From the NCBI GenBank assembly GCA_030167865.1, contig JALAGF010001746.1, positions 62,001 to 82,312 on the forward strand: a stretch of 20,312 nt of DNA, given 5' to 3'. Source of the DNA: Craspedostauros australis. Its lineage: Eukaryota. The notes below the pieces were generated by a model. It did no database searches. It was not told the DNA's origin and saw only the letters and a program-made list of their open reading frames with translations. Numbering within the stretch: the first letter of the stretch is position 1; each line of letters starts with the position of its first letter. Positions 1-8,644 of the stretch are shown here, piece by piece. Both the position numbers and the translations under genes were made by a program.

Positions 1-3000
1 GGGTTGGGATGCGCCCTGGTGGATCGCTGGGGCTGCGGTGGCTGACGGTGGGAAAATGTCACGCCGCCATTGTTCTGGACTTTGGACTTCATCATGCCAT
101 TGGCGTGGTCGGAGCGGTGGCCGGAAGTGCTGAGAATGGATTTGAAGGACGTGCCGTTGGGTGAGAATTTTCCGCCGGAGTTGCGTGGCTGCTTGCGCCT
201 CTGCTGTTGCTGCGGTGAGGTGGTGTACGATTTCTGGTGCTGCGCAAACAGGCTCTTCGAGCTCCTGTTGTTGTAGTTCTGGTTGAAATTCTGCGTGTGG
301 CCGAGACTGCGGTTGAAGCTGTCGATATGCTCCTGGTACTGTTGGTCATCGACGACCGGGGTTCCGCTGCCGTAGTAGGGGTCGTTGTCCTGCGGAATCA
401 TTTGACCATTTTGCTGGTAACCAGCCGAAGCGTGAAGATGTTGCTGATGATGGAGGTGATCGCCATCGTTGTCGCCATTCTCCATCTCATCCCCGTCCTC
501 ATCTTCGTCATCATCGGAAATAAAGTCCTCCTCGAGCGGCAGTCGCTTGGTGAAGGCGGCCTCCCTCAAACCCTTGTGCGGGCCGCCGTCATTTTCGTCA
601 TCCATCATCTTGCCGCCCTTGTCAAGGAGGTAGGAACCGGTGGTCAATGCGCTGACAGGTGAAATGTTGCCACCGCGGTTGACCTCGAGGTACTGCTGCC
701 CGGACAGCACTCCACCGAGCTCTGCCTCGCTCATGTCCCAATCCTCCTCGTCTTCGGGTTCCTCCATGATGGTCTTGCCAACGGCCGGATTTTGCTGAAT
801 CTCCTTCATGGCCTCCTTGAGCAAGGGATCGTTCTGAATCGGCTGCTCGTCGGTGTGGAAGTAATTCATTTCGTTGCTGCCGTTGAACTGGATCTCCTGC
901 GAGTGTTGTTGTTGCGCCTGCAGCACCGGGAATTCCGGCGTGAATGAGATTTCGGAGTTGCTGCTGCCGTTATGCGCCGAATTGTTGATGTTGCCGCTTC
1001 CGGTGCTGTGCTTGCTGTTGTTCTTGCCGCTGCTGTTGTTGCTTCCCGTGCTGCCGCGTCTGTTGGCGATGGATTTCATCTTGTTGAAGACCTGCTTGAT
1101 ACCGCGTCGTGGCTCCGATGCGTAGGGTGACATTGCCGACATGATGGTGGGTCCGTTCTTCTTCGAGGATGATTTCTGCTTGTCGGAGTCCGATTTTTGA
1201 GGAATGGAGATGGAGATCGATCTGCGCTGCGGTCGTTCGGATGGTTCGAAGGTGGTGGCCATCTGGTTGTACTGCGTTGCGCTCTGTAGCTTCTTCCGCC
1301 ATCCTCCCTTGTTGCTGGCCTCCGGCTTGGGCGACGCCTCTCCGTCCGTGACGGATCTCTTGGATCGGCTGGATCTCTTGGACGATGTGGAGTTGGCGGA
1401 GAAGAATGACTTGGCCGATGCCGGCTTGCTGTACATGCCCTCGTCGTCATCGTCAATGTCATTTTCTTCGCTCTTGGAGGCCTGTCGCTGCAGGTACTTT
1501 TTGTTGGCACTTTTGTTGGATGCGAGTTTGCGCTGTCCGTTGACGTCGGGCGTGGCGCTGTAGGTGGACGTGGACGTCATGAGCGTTCCGTTGCTCTTGC
1601 TCATGGCGTTGAGGCACTCCGATGCTGACGCGGCCGCCGATGTGGATGACGACGTCGGTGGCGGAGGCGGTGGTCGATTGGCCGAGGTGACGGAATTCAT
1701 GGACGCACCGTTCTGCTGCTGCTGCTGCTGCAGGTTGTGATCCTGCTTTTGGTACAGCGCCAAATCCTCTGGCGTGAGACTGGCGAGACGTTCCTGCGAT
1801 GCGCTGTTTTTGCCAAGGCGTTGCAATTCGCTGGACGAAGTGCCCTCCGACGATTCGTGATGGCTGGTGCTTTCGTGCTCCTGGCGGTGCAATTGTTCCA
1901 ATTCGTCATCGTCGTGCTCGGCAGGTTCAATGATGTGATTGGCGTAATTCGGAACGACGTCGTCGTCGTCGATGTCGGCATCCTCATCATCCTCATTGTC
2001 ATGATTGTCATCGTCGTCGGTGTGCTCATCCTCCTCCGGGCTCTCGCTGAGATCTGGCACCGGTGAAGAATGCGCGGCAAGGATGGCAGCGGCGGCGTCG
2101 TCATTGATAATGTGGCTGTCATTGATAATGTGATTGTTGTTGTTGCTGTCATCCTCCTCGAGCTCGGTCTGCACCGGAAGGGTTCGGTTGTTGAATTGCA
2201 TCTGCTCCGATACTTTGCGCCTGGGCAGCATGGGCGGTGCCTCTCCACCTCCCATGCTTCCAGAACCGTTGAGACTGAGGTTCATATTCAAGTTGTTGTT
2301 GCTGGCGGCGTCCATCTGGAACTCCCTTTGCAGGTCCTGGCCCTTGGTGCTCATGCTGGTCTGCGATGAGTCCGAGGAGGCTGAGAAGTTGCTGGAGGAC
2401 TGATGCAGCAGTGCGTGCTTGTGCTTGGCACCGGGGTGCTGCGGCTGCTGCAACTGGAGCTGCGTATTGCTGTGGGATGATCTGTTGAGGGATTGGTTGT
2501 TGGCGTTGTGGTTGTTGCTGCCGCTGCTGGAGTTGGATCTTCGCTGACGCGGCTTGTGCTTGTACTTGTCCCTGTTTTTGGACCTGGAATGATGGCTGCT
2601 GCCGTTGAGACCTTGGTTGTTGCTGTTGCTGTTGGCGGCCGTGATGCCGTGGTTTGAATTGCTGGTGGCCGCTGCCATGGCCCTCTTGACCGCGATGGCC
2701 TTGATCATGCGCAGTTCGTTGGAGATGGTCTTTTCCTGCTTGTCGCACTTCTCGTGCAGGAACTCGATCTCGGTGGCCTGGCGTTCTATGGTGGCCTCGT
2801 AGGCCTTGAGCTTTGCCTGGAGACCTGAGATGGTGGCGTCCTTCTCCATGGTGACGTGATCGACGACCTGCTCCAGCTTCTGTATTTGCGACTGGAAGTG
2901 GTGGCTGAGCCTGTTGTACTGCTCCGTGATGTCGTTGTTGGATTCGTTGGCGGCATTCGCGGCCACGAGCTTGGCCTCTACCTCCTCGACGCGCTGCTGC

Positions 3001-4193
3001 AGCAGGTTCTGCTCGTCGTCCTTCTGGCGCAGGGCCCAGCCGTGGACCTGATCGCAGCGCTTGAGCATGGCCTTCCACCAGAGCTTGCTGTGGTGCTCCT
3101 TGAGCCTCTCGCCCAGTTCCTTTTCGGCTGCCTGTTGGTCCTTGTCGTTGTTGTTGTTGTTGCTGTTGGTATTGTTATTGCTGACAGCATTGATGTTCGA
3201 TTGATGTGGCGGCGCCGTGGGCGGACGAGGCTGCGTGTTGCTCCAAGCAGGACGAGGCGGACCACCCCCTGCGGACTGCAGAGACTGAATGCGGCGAATG
3301 ACCTGCGCGAATGACTTGCGCTGTCGGATCCTGGTCTCCCCACCGGCCTCCTCCTCAGAGGCGCAGATGCGACATGGCGTGATGGTGAAGTCGGCGATGG
3401 GGTCCCAGGTTGGTTGGTTGGCCTGTGCGCTGCAGTCGTCGGTGGGCGCAGTATTGGAGCCGTCCGCGTTGGTGGCAGCGTTGGTGGTGCAGATCTGGAT
3501 GGGCTGGCAGGCGCACATGGTGGCCTGCACCTGGTAGACGTCCATGTTGGGGTGGCGCAGGCACTTGCCGTGCACGTTGATGCCCAGATCGGCCCTGACC
3601 TTGGCGTCCTGCAGCACGGCGACGTTGGCGCTCATGACGGCGGCCGCGTTGAGCTCCGGTTGAGAGCGCGAGACCTTGGTCATGACGATCCCTGTGGCCG
3701 AGACGGTGGCCGTTCTGCCCATCGCTGCGGCTGCCTCCGCGGCTCCGCTCTTGCTGGGTGAGGAAGACCTGTGCTTGCCTTTGGTGTTGGCGTTGTTGCT
3801 GGCGCTGTTGCCAATGCCGTTACTGCTAGTCATGCTGCTGCTGTTGGCCTTGTTCCTGGCCCTGATCCTGGCCTGCGCTCTCTCCTGAGCCTTTGCCACT
3901 GCGTCCGCCTGCGCCTGCTTCTCCTGAGGAGTCTGCCGCTCTGGAGAGATGTTGACTGTCCTGCCCAGCGTCCTGGAGGACCTCCTGGATCTGGCATCGG
4001 CTGCTGCTGCGGCAGAGGAGGCTCCCTTGGTGGGGGACTTGCCTCTGTTGATGTCCCTGCTGCTGTTCTCCCTGCCTCTGTCTCTGTCTCTGCCTGCAGC
4101 ACCCCCGGACTCCCTGTTCCTGGTTCCGAGGCTGAACCTGCGTCCCTTGTTGGTGGCCGTGGTCCTTGGCGCGATCGCTGCTGATGACGCCAT
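1..4193 (-). CDS. Large hypothetical protein (>=1397 aa, 3'-partial): low-complexity/disordered, with a Cys/His motif and a central coiled coil
   Basis: Manual translation of the minus frame from ATG 4193 (MASSAAIAPRTTATNKGRRFSLG...) finds no stop down to the window edge (...QRSTRAHPNP). An in-frame TAG at 4233-4235 fixes the start. The ORF track has no entry in this frame across 1-4193, as expected for an unterminated ORF. Contains GKCLRHP...PCRIC, a coiled coil (LWWKAMLKRCDQVHGW...ISNELRMIKAIAVKR, ~2690-3130) and poly-N/Q/D tracts. Confidence 0.88.
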   Translation of the reverse strand, partial: MASSAAIAPRTTATNKGRRFSLGTRNRESGGAAGRDRDRGRENSSRDINRGKSPTKGASSAAAAADARSRRSSRTLGRTVNISPERQTPQEKQAQADAVAKAQERAQARIRARNKANSSSMTSSNGIGNSASNNANTKGKHRSSSPSKSGAAEAAAAMGRTATVSATGIVMTKVSRSQPELNAAAVMSANVAVLQDAKVRADLGINVHGKCLRHPNMDVYQVQATMCACQPIQICTTNAATNADGSNTAPTDDCSAQANQPTWDPIADFTITPCRICASEEEAGGETRIRQRKSFAQVIRRIQSLQSAGGGPPRPAWSNTQPRPPTAPPHQSNINAVSNNNTNSNNNNNDKDQQAAEKELGERLKEHHSKLWWKAMLKRCDQVHGWALRQKDDEQNLLQQRVEEVEAKLVAANAANESNNDITEQYNRLSHHFQSQIQKLEQVVDHVTMEKDATISGLQAKLKAYEATIERQATEIEFLHEKCDKQEKTISNELRMIKAIAVKRAMAAATSNSNHGITAANSNSNNQGLNGSSHHSRSKNRDKYKHKPRQRRSNSSSGSNNHNANNQSLNRSSHSNTQLQLQQPQHPGAKHKHALLHQSSSNFSASSDSSQTSMSTKGQDLQREFQMDAASNNNLNMNLSLNGSGSMGGGEAPPMLPRRKVSEQMQFNNRTLPVQTELEEDDSNNNNHIINDSHIINDDAAAAILAAHSSPVPDLSESPEEDEHTDDDDNHDNEDDEDADIDDDDVVPNYANHIIEPAEHDDDELEQLHRQEHESTSHHESSEGTSSSELQRLGKNSASQERLASLTPEDLALYQKQDHNLQQQQQQNGASMNSVTSANRPPPPPPTSSSTSAAASASECLNAMSKSNGTLMTSTSTYSATPDVNGQRKLASNKSANKKYLQRQASKSEENDIDDDDEGMYSKPASAKSFFSANSTSSKRSSRSKRSVTDGEASPKPEASNKGGWRKKLQSATQYNQMATTFEPSERPQRRSISISIPQKSDSDKQKSSSKKNGPTIMSAMSPYASEPRRGIKQVFNKMKSIANRRGSTGSNNSSGKNNSKHSTGSGNINNSAHNGSSNSEISFTPEFPVLQAQQQHSQEIQFNGSNEMNYFHTDEQPIQNDPLLKEAMKEIQQNPAVGKTIMEEPEDEEDWDMSEAELGGVLSGQQYLEVNRGGNISPVSALTTGSYLLDKGGKMMDDENDGGPHKGLREAAFTKRLPLEEDFISDDDEDEDGDEMENGDNDGDHLHHQQHLHASAGYQQNGQMIPQDNDPYYGSGTPVVDDQQYQEHIDSFNRSLGHTQNFNQNYNNRSSKSLFAQHQKSYTTSPQQQQRRKQPRNSGGKFSPNGTSFKSILSTSGHRSDHANGMMKSKVQNNGGVTFSHRQPPQPQRSTRAHPN

Positions 4194-4233
4194 CGTTCCT
4201 CTCAATTGGTTTACTTTCCACTCTCTGCCAATC

Positions 4234-4282
4234 TATATTATATATATGTTGTATATATTATATTATAGCATCCAAGCTTGGA
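4234..4282 (-). promoter_or_regulatory. AT-rich TATA-like patch plus 12-bp palindrome TCCAAGCTTGGA upstream of gene 1
   Basis: Nearly pure TA run at 4234-4267 in otherwise GC-rich DNA, 40-75 nt upstream of ATG 4193; perfect palindrome at 4271-4282. Function inferred from position only. Confidence 0.35.
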
Positions 4283-4420
4283 CGTAGGCTGAGTCGAAGC
4301 AAAGTCCGAATTGCGGCGAACTCTTCTTGCTCTCTTCTGCTTTGTGTTGTGCTGATGATGATTGGAGCAAGATCAGCCAAAGATGAACAGCTTCCACTTT
4401 CAACTGTCCTTGCCTTTCCC

Positions 4421-4470
4421 TCAATCAATCAATCGATCAATCAATCGATCAATGGATTCAATCAATGGAT
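4421..4470. repeat. Degenerate (TCAA)n / TCGATCAA microsatellite
   Basis: tcaatcaatcaatcgatcaatcaatcgatcaatggattcaatcaatggat seen directly. Confidence 0.8.
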
Positions 4471-6210
4471 TAAGCAATGGAAGAGTGATCGTTTGGTTGG
4501 GTTGGCTGATCCATGAATCGACAGAACGAAGGAAGGAAAGAAGGAAAGAAATGGGAGTTGCCGTCGTTTCTTGCTTTTTGTGATTTGTTGTGAGGATTGC
4601 GCGCGTTCTTGCCGTCTGTTGTGTCTTGTTGTCTTGCTTCGTGCGGAAGAAGCGCGCGTGAGGTGCGGTGTTGTGCTGTTTGATTTTCTGTCACCGTCGT
4701 TGTGCGACACAGCGCTGTTTCGTGTTGTTCTTGGTGCCGGTATTTTCTTCGTGCCATTCTCTTCGTGCCCGCGTTGTTTCGCGCCTTGCGTTCCGTACAA
4801 ATACTGCAATGAGCACGAAGAGCGCAACCACAACCACGAGTAGAAGTCCTTGGCGTGTGCGTTGTTTTGGTTTTGGTTGCGTGGTTGGAGGCTGCGACGC
4901 TCATTTTCGTTGTTGGCTGTTGTGCACAGTGCCTCTTTGTTTGGCTTTTCATTTTGTTCGTTCACAGGCTCTCGTGATGTGCCGAGAAGGGATTGGGCGT
5001 TTCTGCACAGCTCGTTGCCGCGTTCTACTCATACGCTACATACGTGCACACTACCATGTGTCAGTACGCCATCTACGGCAATACCACCAATGATCGCAAA
5101 TACACATCCACGCGGTACACGCTCTCTTCGTTGCGCCCTTGTTTGTTCGTGAACCTCTGGTGCGGGTGCGTGTGTCGCTCGTGTGTGTGCTTCTGTTCCT
5201 GTACTCTCACGCTGTGTTCGTTGCCCGTTCGTCGCACCACGAAGAGTCAAATGTGGCGTTCTTCGCCTCGAAGGAAGGAGAGAGCCGAAAGTAAGCCCGC
5301 ATCCGTCCCAATGCGTGAACTTGGCGCACACATCGCCAATCAAAAGCGCCCCAGACAGCGCGTGATGGTACAGTCCAGTAGTTAAGTTGTTGCCTTCATT
5401 TATGTGTCATTTTACATTTATGCGTTCCGCCAACCTTTTCAATATTGCCTCGTTAAACAGACATCTCGGTAGTACGGAAACAACGAACAATGCGCGCATT
5501 CTGCTACCGTACTTCCCGAATGAACCGCACACAACACTCAACATGAAGCAGTCAATCACACCCACAAACTGGTCGTGCTCGCGCTACACACGGAAGGCGA
5601 CATGGCGAATGACAAGCTCGCATGTCTCACCATCATCTCCTTTCGTTAAGCAGCAGCTTGCCAAACATCATCACCCTTGTCGCACCACCTGTCATGATGC
5701 CGAGCGCAAGTGTCACGCACGCACACAAACACGAAATTAACTCACACCCTGATGGAACGCTGGTCGAATTGATAGTTCCGTCCCCAACAACAAAGAAGCC
5801 CGGTGACATCATCACTCTTTACGATTCCCCGAAAACGGCAACAGCGTCACTTTCATCGACTCGGTGGACCAACAGCCACACGGCTTCAGTCCAACAAGTC
5901 CAATTTCGACAACATGGACCAAAACAAAGAAAATCGTCACTCAGACACGCGAATAGAATAGCCCTGCTTTCCGAAGATCGGTCATTTGTCTCTGCGTTCG
6001 CGATGTCTGGAAAATGTCATTCATGTAGAGCGAAGGGAACGTCTTTTCCAAATTTCGCTTTTGTGGAAGAGCGAAACATGGGATTGGGAGAAGATCGTTG
6101 GCAAGCTTCCTGGCGTGTCGCTGTTTGGCATGGAAACTGGTTGATCTGGAGGAGGTGATCTGGTGTGGAAGGAGGGAGGGAACGAAGATGAGACCGACTC
6201 TTCGTGTTGT

Positions 6211-6258
6211 CTGTTTCTGTTTCTGTTTCTGTTTCTATTGATGATGATGACGATGATG
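6211..6258. repeat. (CTGTTT)4 followed by a short (GAT)n tract
   Basis: ctgtttctgtttctgtttctgtttct then tgatgatgatgacgatgatg. Confidence 0.8.
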
Positions 6259-7582
6259 GCGTGCTATTTGTAGCTATAATAGTATTGTATCGACTCTCGT
6301 TTGTGTTCGAATCTTCCCTTGGCTCTCTGCAGGCACTCTTGCTGTTGTGTTCCGAAGATGGTGCGTTTTGAGGTGATTGGGAGATTCTTTGCAGAGAGTA
6401 TCCTTGCGTACAACTGCTATGCTCGGCAAGAGCTCCGAGTACAGCTTCGACGATGACCGACTTGTACGTAGACGTCACATGCGAGGTACAGATCAAATCG
6501 TGTTTCCAAGTAACCACTCGTATGAAGAAACGAAGAGAACACAGCCGTGATGCGATGAACATGTTGTTTGGGGCTTTTGGCTCTGTGCTAAGAGCCTCGG
6601 GAGCTGTTTGGTAGACGGGGGCTTAATCCGTTCACGAACACTGCAATCTCGCCCATAAAAGCCAACCGCAGAATGTGCGTCCTGTGCATGTCGCAGCGTA
6701 TAATTAATGACTGGTGTGGACATTACTTGTGAGGTGCTCGTGCCACAAGACTGCATACATGTACGATAGTTCGATGACCCGTTGGGCGCGGTGGCAAGAA
6801 CAGTTGTTGTGCCTCTTTTTTGCCTTTGCTGTGCCTGTGCAGAGAGCTGTGCTCGCATCAACAGCCATGCTCTTGGACGGAACGAGGTAAAGTCACCGGA
6901 GAGTACAAATACACGGTCTCGTACGCGTAGACGTCCACGTACAGTACAGATTGTGCGATGCACAGAAGGCTGGCACAGCGACACTGGCGGGCTTTTCACG
7001 AACGTTCGGTTTTCAACACGCAACGATCGCGCTGCTTGTGACCACGATCAGCTGCCGCCAACAAAAACATCGCGGTCATCGCGTTTTCTGTGCCCTTGTG
7101 TCCAAAAAAGCGCCATTGCCGAAACATTCCGCTGGCGTTGTGCGCATCCAAGTCAGCAAGCAAGACAGTCACCAAGAAAGTCAGAGTAGCATCAACAACA
7201 ACCGCAGCATCACTTGCACACCGAGATCGGTGCATGTTCATTCAACGTTACTCTGTTGCCATCAACACATTCCGTTAACTTTTATACCATTCCATTGAGC
7301 CAGCGCAAGAGGAAGGTCAAGAGCAACACCACGACATCGACATCGACCGTTGTGCCTCCATTTCGCGCGTTTTCGTTGACGATCCTTGTTTGGGAACTCG
7401 CACAGCATCACATACACAGAGAGCACAGAGAGCACACAGGACAAGGCATCACAGGACAAGGATAGTAGAATAGGAGGGGACGAGACGGCACAGGCTGAAC
7501 TCTGCGGTGGTTGCATCGCTGGTCTGTACTATATCCACGAGCACAACAACGAGCGCGGCTGATTACCAAGACGAAGCACATA

Positions 7583-7652
7583 GAGTGAGTGAGTGAGTGA
7601 GTCAGCGGGCTGGCAGCACGAGCATCAACACGAGCATCAACACAAGCACGAG
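7583..7652. repeat. (GAGT)5 microsatellite and a nearby 12-bp tandem repeat (CACGAGCATCAA x2 plus a degenerate third copy)
   Basis: gagt x5 at 7583-7602; cacgagcatcaa at 7617-7628 and 7629-7640. Confidence 0.8.
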
Positions 7653-8310
7653 AGAGCTCAATGGAGAAGAGAGTGTGTCTGTGGGTGTCTGCATATGTCT
7701 GGGTATTGCTTGGCGGTTCATGCTTGCAACCATGATGTCATCCATCAAGGGCGAAGTTCATGTTGGAAACCAACTGCTATACTCCAGCAAGGAAGCAAAC
7801 AAGCAGAGAGCTTGTTTGGACGAAGACTCAATCGGCGTCGCCTTGTCCTTCCGACTTCGCCAATCCTCACGTTCTGTTCTATCTCCCATCTCTTTCCTCG
7901 CGCATCATGGCTTATCTTGCCATGCTCACGCTCACGCTCATGCCCAACGACATCATGTTATGCTCTCATCAGGATTGGCATTAGTATTGGCATCGGCATC
8001 ATCGCAAGCACGCAACACTTCGAGCTATTATACAACACGAACGAAGCATCGCGAAAGCCAAAGAGAGAGAGAACTTGCAATCTGGCGACCTTCTCGGCGG
8101 TTAGACTCGCTCTGCTCCAATCAACAATCAACGAGTATCGACCAGCAACCAACAAGTCCGTGACTTCTCGCAGCAACCTCGAGTTGATTTGTGACCTGCG
8201 GTCTTCCGGAGATCCTCCATCGGCTTCGCTCTCACCATCATCGTGACTTTCATCGCCAGTTGGACACTGTCTCTTGACCATCTTCCTCTTCCTGCTCTCT
8301 ACAAACACTA

Positions 8311-8370
8311 AGGCAAAGGCACAGGCAAAGGCAAAGGCACAGGCAAAGGCACAGGCAAAGGCAAAGGCAT
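8311..8370. repeat. Hexamer array (AGGCAA/AGGCAC) x10 arranged as two 30-bp higher-order units
   Basis: aggcaa-aggcac-aggcaa-aggcaa-aggcac then aggcaa-aggcac-aggcaa-aggcaa-aggcat. Confidence 0.9.
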
Positions 8371-8612
8371 ACACTGAGGCATACACAAAGGCAATTGGAA
8401 AAGAACGAAAGGGCAGCTTGTGTGTCACACGATCGACCAACTCAGTCACATCTTGCAGACTCCACAGACTCCACAATCTGACATTGCAGGACATTGACAT
8501 ACAACACTCTTCCCCTGCTCTATCAATCGTGTGAGTAGTTGGAACGAAGGGTTCCTCAGACGTCAGACGTCGCAGGGCAGCACAACGCAGGACACAAACC
8601 ACCACAAGCTAA

Positions 8613-8638
8613 CACACTCACACTCACACTCACACACT
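8613..8638 (+). repeat. (CACACT)n tract in the likely 5' UTR of chitin synthase
   Basis: cacactcacactcacactcacacact just before ACAATGG at the ATG 8645. Confidence 0.75.
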
Positions 8639-8644
8639 GCAACA

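Noticed and set aside
70..4287. Numerous plus-strand and off-frame ORFs rich in L/V/C or R/Q
   Set aside because: Antisense or alternate-frame shadows of the long minus-strand gene, produced by CAA/CAG/AAC-rich codons
4421..8394. Short tandem repeats considered as CRISPR-like arrays or transposon ends
   Set aside because: Units are 4-30 nt with no unique spacers, and no cas, transposase, terminal inverted repeat or LTR pair was seen
4362..8605. Intergenic ORFs of 60-217 aa, including KAKAQAKAKAQ (8274..8534)
   Set aside because: Many lack a true ATG, none has recognisable motifs, and the repetitive ones are translations of microsatellites
8531..8644. N-terminal extension of the 1010-aa ORF from GTG 8531; GTGAGT also resembles a splice donor
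   Set aside because: Eukaryotic context favours ATG 8645 and the extension translates a CACACT repeat; no convincing upstream exon was found
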